From: Paraspadella gotoi
Taxonomy: Eukaryota > Animalia > Chaetognatha
NCBI GenBank assembly: GCA_051294375.1
Contig: CM119268.1
Location: forward strand, 20,665,158-20,729,157
DNA: 64,000 nucleotides
Direction of reading: 5' to 3'
Shown: positions 1 through 12,373 of the stretch, one piece after another
Numbering within the stretch: position 1 is the first letter of the stretch
Layout of the letters: each line of letters opens with the position of its first letter
Program-made: the position numbers and the translations under genes
The notes under the pieces: model-generated
Told to the model about the DNA's origin: nothing
Database searches by the model: none
What the model saw: only the letters and a program-made list of their open reading frames with translations

Positions 1-359
1 GAGACCTAAGGAATGGAGAGTGATCAAAAAGTGGAAAGTTGAAAGATAAAATTAAAGTAGGAAAATGGGAAGTAAAAAGTAAAAGTTGGAAAGTGGAAAG
101 AAGAAAGTAAAAGTTGGAAAGTGGAAAATAGAAAGTAAAAGTTGGAATTTGAAAATTCACAAAAAGTCAAGGATTTTCGAGAAAAAAAATATTAAATAGA
201 AATAGAAAAGTATCGCCCTCGCTCCTATAATCTATCAAGTACTTAAGTATTATTATTTTCTTATTCAATGATTTAATTTAATGATGATTTATATTAACAA
301 CGAGGTGACAGTTCAACGTTCTACTCAATGGACCTGATTGGAACAGTGAAAACTCTCTC

Positions 360-530
<171 letters not shown>

Positions 531-810
531 GTAAGGTCGCTTTTATTTTCCTTTCAATTTGAAGATTCGCGTCGAAGTCAGTTCGGGTGAGTTGACTTGG
601 GTGAGTTGATCTGGGGCAGTAGATTTGGGTGAGTTTACTTTGGGGAAGTAGATTTGGGTGAGTCGATTTAGAATTTAGAATTTAGAAAATTAATCTATTA
701 AAAGATATGAAATATAAGATAAGATTTGAACTTAATTGCCGAATTCACTGTNNNNNNNNNNNNNNNNNNNNNNNNNAATTTACTGATTCTCTCTCTCTTC
801 TCTCCTCTCT

Positions 811-870
<60 letters not shown>

Positions 871-939
871 CTCTCTCTCTCTCTCTTCTCTCTTCTCTCT
901 CTTCTCTCTAACATGGGGAGAAATTCCTCTCGTATAGTT

Positions 940-1437
940 TCCCCCTTTTTTTTGTCTCTCACAAACTTTCATTAGCGTCTTTTCTCTTTTTCCTTCCGCC
1001 ACGCAGAAAAACTTCCTCCTCTTCTTCTTCTTCCTCTCCTCTTCCGCTCCTCCTCCTCCTCCTCCTCATCCCTGGAACCCACTTAGGTGGGGTCATCAAG
1101 CGCGACCAACGAATCGGGCCACGCCCACAAGAATATCACTTTCGAGTGGCCGCCAGGAGGCGCACAGATTTCGCACAGACGTCATGATCACTGGTAAATG
1201 CGGTGGAAAAGTGAGAAGTAGATATGGGATGGGGGCGGACGTTGTTTGTTGTTGTTGCATTTACTGTTCATGTTGTTGTTGTGGAAGTTGTAACCCAGAT
1301 ACACAGATGGTTGTTAATAGGTTTCAAGTTTTTGCGTCATTCGTGAAATATATCGTTTTACTTATAATAATAAAAAGTTAACATTAAACGATTGGAATCA
1401 ATAAGTTTTGAAGGCACGATTATATCATTGTTAGTTT
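940..1437 (+). other. Indel-ridden tandem copy of 1451-1945 (probable gap-fill artefact)
   Basis: Near-identical to the following ~500 bp, but single-base indels frameshift the exon; lies just downstream of a 25-N gap (752-776). Confidence 0.7.
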
Positions 1438-1514
1438 TAGATCTCTCCTCCCCCCTTTTTTTGTCTCTCACAAACTTTCATTAGCGTCTTTTCTCTTTTC
1501 CTTCCGCCACGCAG

Positions 1515-1699
1515 AAAAACTTCCTCCTCTTCTTCTTCTTCCTCCTCCTCTTCCGCCTCCTCCTCCTCCTCCTCCTCATCCCTGGACACCCACTTGGTGG
1601 TCATCAACGCGACCAACGAATCGGGCCACGCCCACAAGAATATCACTTTCGAGTGGCCGCCAGGAGGCGACAGATTTCGCCAGAACGTCATGATCACTG
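1515..1699 (+). CDS. Exon of putative single-pass receptor: Ser-rich linker plus Ig-like domain end (LVVINATNESGHAHKNITFEW)
   Basis: Polypyrimidine tract and CGCAG acceptor; G|GTAAAT donor; open frame with GC-rich codons. The A-x-N-x-x-G pattern resembles Ig-fold F-G strands; N-glycosylation sequons NAT, NES and NIT are present. Confidence 0.65.
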
Positions 1700-2273
1700 G
1701 TAAATGCGGTGGAAAAGTGAGAGTAGAATGGGATGGGGGGCGGACGTTGTTGTTGTTGTTGCATTTACTGTTCATGTTGTTGTTGTGAAAGTTGTAACCC
1801 AGATACACAGATGGTTGTTAATAGTTTCAAGTTGTTGCGTCATTCGTGAAATATATCGTTTTACTTATATATAACTAAAAAGTTAACATTAAACGATTGG
1901 AATCAATAAGTTTTGAAAGGCACGATATATCTAGTTGTTAGTTTATTTTTGTATTTTCATTCGATTTTTCATAACAGAATTTAAAATGTTTAATTTAATA
2001 ATTAAAATATGTCTACCTCGCAAATGTAATAAATCAAGCTTAACAGAATAAAACAAAACTAAACAAACAAAAAAACTATGAAGATTGAACATTGAATAAT
2101 TTATAAATCAATTAATTTGTAAATTATCAAACATTAATTTACTATAAAACAAATCATCGTTTCTAAATTCGTCGATGCCTCATTTCCTTCCTGAATTCTT
2201 GTTGTTGTTGTTGTTGTTGTCGTATTTTTGGAAATGAATGTTTTGTTTGTTAACCTCGTGTGACTTTCAGGGT

Positions 2274-2319
<46 letters not shown>

Positions 2320-2628
2320 TTGAGCGAGAGAGAGAGAGAGAGAGAGAGAGTCAGTAGCCTTTTGTGCGATAATAAACGAACCAGACTAGAAATGGGGAAC
2401 AAGGTAGAGCAAGAGAATGCAAAAATTTCGCGGTGTCAAAGTCAAAGCGACAGAAGAGAAAATGATGCGTTCATGAGGCAAAGACTTTGTTGCTGCTCCC
2501 ATGATGCAATAACGAGTCTATGATGTGAAAATATTTTTAAATACCATTTTTAAACTTAAAATAAGAATAATTGCTTACTCATTCTCAGTATCAAAAATGT
2601 AAAGCCGTAAATTTTAATTTAAAAGCAT

Positions 2629-2825
2629 TGTATTAATCCTTTCTTTTGTTGTTTGTTGAGATTAATTAAAAACGAAAATTTTCGTGGAACAACAATAAAG
2701 TTTTTTATTAACTTTGGACATGTTTCGGCTTACAAAATGCTGATGAAGGCTTGAGTTGTAAGCCGAAACATGTCCAAAGTTAATAAAAAACTTTATTGTT
2801 GTTCCACGAAAATTTTCGTTTTTAA
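2629..2825 (+). mobile_element. Penelope-like element pseudo-LTR relic (inverted structure) with 15-bp TSD
   Basis: Perfect inverted arms 2661-2735 and 2756-2830; direct repeat TTAATTTAAAAGCAT at 2614-2628 and 2826-2840; hammerhead core followed by AATAAA; ~30-bp unpaired extension on the inverted arm. Confidence 0.7.
2736..2780 (+). ncRNA. Minimal type I hammerhead ribozyme (PLE-type)
   Basis: CTGATGA (2740-2746), extra A, stem II GGCTT/AAGCC, GAAA (2765-2768), palindromic ACATGT stem III, GTC cleavage triplet ending at 2774. Stem I has only ~2 bp. Confidence 0.7.
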
Positions 2826-5360
2826 TTAATTTAAAAGCATAAAATTAAAAACGACAAAAACCAAAAGCCACTCTACTCTCCATGTCATCGGCAGAATATG
2901 CAAGACCTTTCCAATGATCTTTGCGCCAACAACATTGCAACTCAGAGGGGGACGCGACAGGAAACTCAGTGTCTCGCCAGGGTGCTCTCTTTCCTAGCGT
3001 CGGCGTCAGAAAAAAAGCAAAGGAAAGTCGGAAAAAAAGCAAAAAAAAAAGCGTAGAAAAGCAGATGTGAAAAAAAAACCGATAAGAAGAAGAAAAAAAA
3101 TGTTTTTTTAGGGTCGAGTTTCTATTGAAATCCTTTGAAGTCGAACGAAACGAGAGATCCTGATTTATTTTTCAAGGTATTTCGGTTGATTTATTCTCTC
3201 TCTCTTCTTCTCTTCTTCCTTCTCTCTGTTCTCCTTCTCGTATCGTCTCTGTAGTTCATTCATTAATAGATCATTCGCAGCGGGAAAAGGCGCCCCTGGC
3301 CCGAAAGACTGGAAATAAATGTAGGAAATGAACATATGTCGACACCAGTACCCTCTCATTCTCACTCTTCTCTCTCTCTCTCTCTCTCTGTCTTTCACTA
3401 GTGAAAAAAAAACACCTACTAGAGACAAGGGATAGAGAGACAGAGTGAGGCTCTACAGAGTGAGGCTCTTTAGGGCCGGTGATATCTTTCTCATTAATTT
3501 CGTTTCGTTTCGTTTTTCTGTTTTCGTTCTTTCGCTCGATTGAGTTCAGATCTGAATGAGAAGAAGCAAACGCGTCGAGGCTAATTAATAATAATAATAT
3601 TGAGTAATTATAACCAAGGTTTAAATTTGTCAATTGGCATGAACTTGTCAAAGAATAAAAACGGTTACTCGAAAAATTTGTAAATTAAAAAAAAAGATAT
3701 CAATCAGAATTTATCGTTGAAATTAATTAATATTTTGACTTTTAAACTTCGTGATCCAAAAAAATATTTTTTTAATATTTTTTAAATATTTTTTAAATTC
3801 ATTCATTCCATTCTATTTACGATTTATTTGCATATTCATATTCTACAGAAGATATACCAGAGACATACGACTTAGAAAATAGCCCTTATGTTGCAAATAA
3901 CTTTTTGTTTTATTATAGTCCGCTGAAATAAACAGCATCTTTAAGCAGACAGGAAAAGAACTTTTCCAGCCTGTGATGTCAAAGCGAAAAAGAGAGAAGG
4001 AGCGAGGAAACGCCCAAAAAAAATGGCGGCAAAAGCGACGAATAATCTGAAAAGGATTAAAACTAAAAGTAAACTATTTTGTGAAAAGGAAAGACCGATC
4101 GAGGGACAGACGGACGGACCGACCGAGGGACAGACGGACGGACCGACCGACGGAACGACTGAAGGAAGAGACTCATTTGTGATTCATATTTTTGGGTTCA
4201 GTTTTGAGTTCACGACTTTTGAGTTCGTAACTGTTCACTCTTTTGAGACTTTTTACAGCGTCGTCTGCCTTGACTNNNNNNNNNNNNNNNNNNNNNNNNN
4301 NNNNNNNNNNNNNNNNNNNNNNNNNNNNNNNNNNNNNNNNNNNNNNNNNNNNNNNNNNNNNNNNNNNNNNNNNNNNNNNNNNNNNNNNNNNNNNNNNNNN
4401 NNNNNNNNNNNNNNNNNNNNNNNNNNNNNNNNNNNNNNNNNNNNNNNNNNNNNNGATAGAGGAAAACAATAATAAGAAAAATTAAAAAAGTAATAACAAA
4501 AGTAATAACAAAATCACAAAAAATACAGAGAACATTAAATGAATGAATGAATGAAATAATTAATATAAAAGGAAATAAGAGAGAGAAAATTAAGGAAAAA
4601 AAATAAAAGAGGAGATCTACTGGACAATAATAGATATAGTGACGAAAGTAAACTACAGAGAGAGAGAGAGAGAGANNNNNNNNNNNNNNNNNNNNNNNNN
4701 NNNNNNNNNNNNNNNNNNNNNNNNNNNNNNNNNNNNNNNNNNNNNNNNNNNNNNNNNNNNNNNNNNNNNNNNNNNNNNNNNNNNNNNNNNAGAGAGAGAG
4801 AGAGAGAGAGAGAGAGCTAAGAAAATGTCATGCAAATCGATTCACAGGAAGATTCGGTCGAATGCGACGCGACAAGAAAAAAGGAAAAAAAGAAAAAAGG
4901 AAAAAAAGAAATTGTCAACAAACAAGATGGCGACGTGAATGAAACGAGATCTTTTCTCTTTATTCATTTTTTTCTCTTTTTTTCTTTTTTTATTGATTCG
5001 TACCTTTTAATGGTCTCTCTTTATTCTGACTTAACGGTTAATGAAGGGCTAACTTGTATTAGGATCCTCGGTTTCTTTATTATTCTTTGATCACTTGAAG
5101 TTATTCTTAGAACCAAAACATAAAAACCAACAATAGTCAAATCGCAGACAACCCATTTTTTCTCATAGTCCACTACCCTCACTCCACATTCAAACGAGTC
5201 CCATAGTTTTGCTCCACATCCAAACTAGTGCCATACTTCCGCCCCACATTTAAACGAGATTCTTAAGACTTCCTCTCATCAACAAAATTCCTCCCACGAT
5301 TCTTGCTTTTCTTCCTTTCGCCTTTCGAAACCTTTTCTCACCACATTAAACGACATTCAA

Positions 5361-5490
5361 CTACATCCGACCACATTTCATCAAATCAAACTACATTTAA
5401 CCACATCCGACCACATTTCATCAAATCAAACTACATTTAACCACATCCGACCACATTTCATCAAATCAAACTACATTTAACCACATATAA
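5361..5490. repeat. 40-bp minisatellite, ~3 copies
   Basis: Unit CCACATCCGACCACATTTCATCAAATCAAACTACATTTAA repeated at 5361, 5401 and 5441. Confidence 0.9.
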
Positions 5491-5685
5491 CCACTTTCCA
5501 GCCACTAGCAACTCCTTTAAAATTAACCCAAAATTTCCTCACTTCCTTTTGTTCCTCATCCTTACATCCTCTCCACCAACTAAACCACTCATAATTCCAC
5601 TTACCCCCCTTGCCCATTTCCCCCCCCGCCCACCTCTCCACCACCCCATCCCCCCCTCCTTTTTCCTCCCTCCCCCATCCTTCAG

Positions 5686-5877
5686 GCGACGGGCGACTTC
5701 TCAACCTCTGTCAACAAAACTTTCACACTTCGTCGTCGTCGTCGTCGTCGTCTTTTTGGCGTCAGGCGGGGCGCCTGGAGGTGCTGTTCGGCGTCATCGT
5801 CATCGCCTGCACCTGTCTCTTTGTCGTCATGCTCGTCGCCGTTTTGCACCGGAGGGGATTCGTCTGCGCCGCCGCGG
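5686..5877 (+). CDS. Transmembrane exon of putative receptor (LEVLFGVIVIACTCLFVVMLVAVL-HRR)
   Basis: Pyrimidine-rich TTCAG acceptor and G|GTGAGT donor; phase 1-1, matching both flanking exons; ~23-aa hydrophobic helix followed by a basic stop-transfer motif. Confidence 0.8.
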
Positions 5878-6039
5878 GTGAGTCACTTTAGGGGGGGGGG
5901 AGCTCGTTTGGTTGTTGTTGTTGTTGTTCGTTTTTCCTCGTTTTTCTTTCGCGAAGTTTGAAGAAACAATTTGGATTATTATTCTTTGTAAATTATAAAA
6001 TTGGTAGCAATTTTGAAAATTATCCTTTCTTTCTATAAA

Positions 6040-6148
6040 GAACCCATCTGGCCAATTAATATGTTAGGTTGAGGCCTACATCCCTCTTACGAGATATTTA
6101 CATTGCAAAACCCTGCCAGCTTTAAATCAAGACTCTCTCACAGTCTAC
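6040..6148 (-). repeat. Dispersed repeat, copy of the 22064-22210 family
   Basis: The reverse complement matches AGACTGTGAGAGAGTCTTGATT...GCAGGG...GTAAGAG.GATG.AGGCCT seen at 22064-22150. Confidence 0.6.
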
Positions 6149-6309
6149 CTTAAATCTCTTACTCCTTTAACTGATTAGGTTTTTACCTTTTTTCTTATTT
6201 TTATTTTTATTCGAATTTTTTATTATTATTATTATTTTATTATTTTTTCTTGTCAAATTCCATCTCTTCTTTTCCTTCCACTCATCCCCCACCCCCCCCA
6301 CTCCACCAG

Positions 6310-6434
6310 CCAAACCTCGCGGCGCCACCCACCCAAACCTCTGGCACTTCAAAGAGGCGCCGGGTGGCGCCGGTTCCATCGTCGGCGTCGCGGCGTCGGG
6401 CAACAACGTTAGCCACTTTTACGATTCGCTCGAG
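6310..6434 (+). CDS. First cytoplasmic exon (AKPRGATHPNLWHFKEAPGG...SHFYDSLE); may read through to a stop at 6609-6611
   Basis: CACCAG acceptor in phase 1; GAG|GTGAGT donor in phase 0; the frame stays open for 58 more codons past the donor. Confidence 0.7.
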
Positions 6435-6633
6435 GTGAGTTTGGAGCTGGAGAAGCCGTTTGATAGAGTGACCGGTGCTGGAGTGAATGCGATTAGATTT
6501 AAGGCGGCTGGTGTGGACGAGCCCCGAGTTGCAGCGGCTGGAATGGCCGAGGCTGCTGGGGCTGCTGGGGCTGATTCCGTCGCGACCTTTCCTCGTTTTC
6601 TTCGCCGTTGATGGGATTGAATTTGTTGTCGTT

Positions 6634-6676
<43 letters not shown>

Positions 6677-6947
6677 ATGCCATTGTTGTCGTTTTTTTCC
6701 TTTCGTTAATCAAGCGCCATCTTGCGGTCAATCTTTTTTTAGTCTTCCTCGTTATCGTCGCCTTTTAAAAGAAATTAGCGATTTTCACGAACGCGTCATT
6801 TTAATCACACACGCAGGCACGCAGGTCTGACACGCAGCCACGCAGGCACGCAGGCACGCAGGCACGCAGCCACTCAGACACGCAGGCACGCAGCCAAGCA
6901 AGAAGTGCCGCGAGTCGTCCAAATCGTCGATTCCACCTCCTTAACAG

Positions 6948-7054
<107 letters not shown>

Positions 7055-7745
7055 ACTCTCACACTTGTCCGTGATATGTAAGCGGAAATTGAGCTCGAAG
7101 GTGAGAATCTCACGACCTTGAATATGAAAGAAAAAGTCGCTTCTCAGTGAAGAAAAAATCTCGGGTGATTTTTCGGGTCAATTTCACTTTTTTTTTCTTT
7201 TTTTCTTTTTTTCTCGCGTGGGTTCGCGTTTTGTCTAAAGGTCAAACGGATAACAGCAAAACTGTAGTTTATAGTGAAGATTTAATTCTGAGTCTGTACA
7301 TTATTATTAAGCCTATAACGAGCGATGGAACGTGAGTTCAACTCTTACATTGACGTCAATCGATCTCCCGAGTTCATTCACTGTATTCCAATCACATCCG
7401 GGACTTTGAGGCTCAAATCCTTACAGTCTTGTGTTTTGAGCAATNNNNNNNNNNNNNNNNNNNNNNNNNNNNNNNNNNNNNNNNNNNNNNNNNNNNNNNN
7501 NNNNNNNNNNNNNNNNNNNNNNNNNNNNNNNNNNNNNNNNNNNNNNNNNNNNNNNNNNNNNNNNNNNNNNNNNNNNNNNNNNNNNNNNNNNNNNNNNNNN
7601 NNNNNNNNNNNNNNNNNNNNNNNNNNNNNNNNNNNNNNNNNGTTTTAGAGAGAGATTAACTGAGAGAGAAAAAGAATAATCGAAATATTGATTTGTGTTT
7701 TCAATCAAACGAAAGAAAAAAGGGAAACCCTGGTGTGATGACGAC

Positions 7746-7781
<36 letters not shown>

Positions 7782-7877
7782 AGTCGCGACGGAACACGTT
7801 CGATTTCTATCGTCGCCCATTGTTGTGGCGCGGTAAACGCAGAGGAAGAATGAGAGGAAGAGAGAGACAGAGTTGAA

Positions 7878-7930
<53 letters not shown>

Positions 7931-8509
7931 GAGTGAGAGGAAGAGAGAGACAGAGTTGAAAGAGAGACTGAGGAGAAAATAGTTAAACAGAGATAGAACG
8001 GAGGGAAATGGAGGGAGATAACGAGACGAAAGAAGAAAGAAAGGATAAAAATAGATTAATAGTTATTGATCAATTTTATAAACATTATAGAAATATATGT
8101 AGAGATATAAAAAAAACATTTTTTTATCAATACATAACGCACTTTAAAATTGCAAGATAAAAAAGTTCTGCGATTTGCTGCGAATGACGCGCAGAAAACC
8201 GGGATTTTGACAAATGTGTTTATTGTATTTTCCCTTAAGATTTTTTCGCGATGAAAAAAAAAGTTTTTATTATTGTCTCTCTGGTCATTTGAACTGACGG
8301 AGAAACGAGAGAAAAGGGGAAAATAAAAAGGATGATAAAACAGAAAATAAAATGAAGATTTCTATTTTCTTTTTCTTTTTTTTTGAAAATAGATTAAGAT
8401 GCGGAAGGAAGGAAAGTGGAAGAGATGAAGAGAGAAGGTGAAAGAAAAAATAAAAAGGGAAATAAAACGAGACACGAGGGGAAATAAAAATTGAGACGGA
8501 ATTCTTGTC

Positions 8510-8544
<35 letters not shown>

Positions 8545-9645
8545 TCGTTTTCGTCGACGAACCAAATTCAAACGACTTTTGATCCCAAGAAAAAAAAAGG
8601 AAAAATAATACGAAAGAGGAAACAAAAAGAAAACAAAAAACAAACAATGAAAAAAAAAGAAAAAAAAAGGAAAAGAAGAAGCTTAAATAAAAAAAGAAGG
8701 AAACGAGAAATATAAAAAAGAACAAAAAAAGAAAAAAGAACAAAAAAAGAAAAAAGAACAAAAAAGAAAAAAAAGAAAAAAAAAGAAAAAAAGAACAAAA
8801 GAAGAAAAAAAGAAAAATCATCTTCCAGCGACGACGAATGAGAATCGAGGGCGCGACGAAACGAGGCCCAATGTACGAGTGGAAATAAAAGGGGGAAATA
8901 AAACTCAAATTGGGGCTTCCCTCCTCCCCCTNNNNNNNNNNNNNNNNNNNNNNNNNNNNNNNNNNNNNNNNNNNNNNNNNNNNNNNNNNNNNNNNNNNNN
9001 NNNNNNNNNNNNNNNNNNNNNNNNNNNNNNNNNNNNNNNNNNNNNNNNNNNNNNNNNNNNNNNNNNNNNNNNNNNNNNNNNNNNNNNNNNNNNNNNNNNN
9101 NNNNNNNNNNNNNNNNNNNNNNNNNNNNNNNNNNNNNNNNNNNNNNNNNNNNNNNNNNNNNNNNNNNNNNNNNNNNNNNNNNNNNNNNNNNNNNNNNNNN
9201 NNNNNNNNNNNNNNNNNNNNNNNNNNNNNNNNNNNNNNNNNNNNNNNNNNNNNNNNNNNNNNNNNNNNNNNNNTTTTCACAAAAAAAAAATTGAATGGAG
9301 ACGAACAAAGTTTAGTCGGCTAAGAAATTAGATGTTTATTCTTTTGTATAAATTAAATAAAACTATAAAGGAGAGAAAATCGAAACATTTTTTTGTGGTG
9401 AATGTGAATTTTTAAAGAAATTGAGGTAAAAAACGGCATCTGTGATAGTACAAAAAGTAAAATGGCAAAATATAAAGAAAAAAAAAAAGATAATGTTAAA
9501 GTTTCGGCTCAGAAACGCAGAAGCGGAAAAACAATGTTAGAATGTGGAAACCAATTCTGCTAAATGGAAACTTCTAGAAGAAATATGACTATTTATTGTA
9601 ATTGTTCACCTTCTGTAGCCCTTACTTTTTAAAGGAGAGAGGGAA

Positions 9646-9687
<42 letters not shown>

Positions 9688-10218
9688 TAACTCGAGTTCC
9701 GAGTCCACATTATTATGAGGGTCTTACCCTCGTTTCTCACTCCTTTCATTCCTCCTCCTCGTCATTCATCCTCCTCCTCCTCCTCCTCCCCCCCTCCTCA
9801 ACACCCCACCGCCCCCCCACCCTCTTCCGTTACCTGGCGACCATAAAAGGCACCTGGCGGCGAATTGGGGTCAGGGGAAAGTCTCGATTTTCTCGACGGA
9901 AGGAAACGAAGAGACGCTAGTTGCGTCCGAGTGACTTTTTTGAATATTTTGACGAAAGTGTGAAACAAATGCATAAGCGATTTGTTTTTAATCATTTATA
10001 TATATCGTATGAACTGAAATAACTAATCACTGCGTTGAGTTACTGATCATGTGAGCGTATTTCTTTGTATTTCTTACCGACAGACCAAAAAATTACTAAA
10101 AGAGTTGCTCTAAAAAAGTGTTCAGAGAGTGGCAAGGAAGGTGGAAAGGAGGAAGAAGATGGTGGTTTGAGGTGAGAAGGAGATGGTGGTTTGAGGTGGG
10201 AGTAATTTCATGGAAACG

Positions 10219-10331
10219 TGTAAGAGTGATGGAGGCCTTAAACCACCAAAGCCTGTCCAAGGTCAGGGGTAAGATAGCTTATTTATGAAATGAATGAATA
10301 ATTTTTATATTGGTTGTACCAATTTCATAAG
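10219..10331 (+). repeat. Dispersed repeat, unclassified family
   Basis: TGTAAGAGTGATGGAGGCCTTAAACCACCAAAGCCTGTCCAA...TATATTGGTTGTACCAATTTCATAAG is shared with 22118-22209 and, more diverged, with 46272-46390. Confidence 0.75.
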
Positions 10332-10611
10332 AAAGATAGAACTCAACTGATGCCGAATTTAAAGAGAGAAAAAGGATAAAATGAGACGTGCGTTAATGTA
10401 ACCACAAGTCAGACTCCATTGGCGATCAAAATCCCAGGTGTAGTTGGCATGAGCCTGGCATTAGCATGGCATGAGCCTGTCATTCAGCATGTTAACAGCC
10501 TCTCATCAATCTGGCATCAGCCTGTCATCAGCCTGTTATCCGCATGGCGTCAGCCTATTTTTTCTCTCGAATCATCAAGTAACGAAATTTAATCATGATT
10601 GACGGCGCGTG

Positions 10612-10677
<66 letters not shown>

Positions 10678-10748
10678 CTTCCTCTCTCTCTCTCCCTCTT
10701 CCTATCTCTCTCTCTCTCTATCTCTCTCTCTCTCTATCTCTTTCTCTC

Positions 10749-10822
<74 letters not shown>

Positions 10823-10835
10823 CTCTCTGTCTCTT

Positions 10836-10892
<57 letters not shown>

Positions 10893-10992
10893 TTCTCTCT
10901 TGTCTTCAAAATAAAGAAGTCTTCGATCACATCGAATTCCATCTCTCACTGCGGCATGAGATTTCGGAAACGTGATCTTTCGATGGACGGAG

Positions 10993-11028
<36 letters not shown>

Positions 11029-11155
11029 AAGAAAAGAAAAGAAAGAATCTTCGATCACGTGATTCATCTGAAGGCAAATCATGTTGTATTAGCGGATTGG
11101 AGGTGAAATTGGATCCTGACAGAGAAAAAAGAGAAAAAAGATGAGAGAGAGAGAG

Positions 11156-11211
<56 letters not shown>

Positions 11212-11238
11212 TGCTCTTCAACCCCCGAAATAAGAAAA

Positions 11239-12373
11239 AAACAAGTTTGAACAAACCATGTCGGATCTGCCTACAATAATTAAGCGTTAATTAGCTTATT
11301 AGATTACATGATAATTCTTTCAATTTTTTATCCTAACTTATTATAACAGATCATACAATACCAAACCAAAGGCTGCGCCAATAGATGTGAATCGCTTGCA
11401 AGGGATTAAACTGAACTGCTATGATGGTACAAATGAAAATATTTTTTAACTAATATTATTTTTTAAACTTGCGTCATTTTTTTCACTTGCATCATTTTAT
11501 AAACTTGCATAATTTTTTAATCTCGCATCATTTTATTAACTTGCATCATTTTTTCACTCGCATAATTTTTTCAACTTGCATCATTTTTTCAAATTGCATA
11601 ATTTTTTTAAAAATTAATTATTCAATCATTTAATTAATTAATTAATGAAAATATTTATGAGTAAGAATAAATAATAAAAATTCAAGTCAACTTGACTTTG
11701 GTTTTTTCCATGCAAACTCATTTCCACTCCTCGATTCCATCGAAACTTTATATTCTGCTCAATCATATACTTTCCTACCCATACCAAAAATTTTATCTCA
11801 TTCTATCCATCCAATTATTATTAATTCGAGTAATTATAGATTAAAATTAATAATTTTTTACATTTAAACTCATTTCCACTTGCACGATTCCATTGAAACT
11901 TTATATCCAGCTTCGTCACATAGTTTCCCACCCACACACAAAATCTCATCTCAATCTATCCATCCAATTATAATTAATTAGAGTAATTATGGGTTAAAAC
12001 TGGTAAGAAGATTGTAGTAAATGTGACTTATGTTTTTTTCCATTTAAACCCATTTTCACTCGCATGATTCGATCGAAAATTCATATCCAGCTCAATCACA
12101 CACTTTCCTACCCACCCACAAAATTTCATTCCAATCCATCCTTTCAATCACGAGTAATTGGAGTTTAATTAAAAGGTGGGATGGACCTTCAGACAGACAG
12201 ACAGACAGACAGACGGACAGATTGACGGACATCATTTTTTCTGCATAATTCATCATAATTCGATATTCTGATGTGATAAAAATGATTTACCGACAAGATT
12301 TAGGGGTGAGACCGACGGACCAACAAAGCGAATTATAGAGTCGGAATCTGCTGATAATCAGATCCGACTAAAA
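11239..12373 (-). mobile_element. Non-autonomous Helentron-associated element (HINE/DINE-1-like), family 1
   Basis: Subterminal inverted repeats GTCGGATCTG...CAGATCCGAC, terminal GTTTG..CAAAC stem-loop, (GACA/GACG)n microsatellite near one end, internal ~18-bp and ~170-bp tandem units, T-rich termini. Confidence 0.7.

Noticed and set aside
1005-1193. Apparent duplicated or mutually exclusive exon
   Set aside because: Differs from 1515-1699 by scattered 1-bp indels next to a 25-N gap, consistent with read error.
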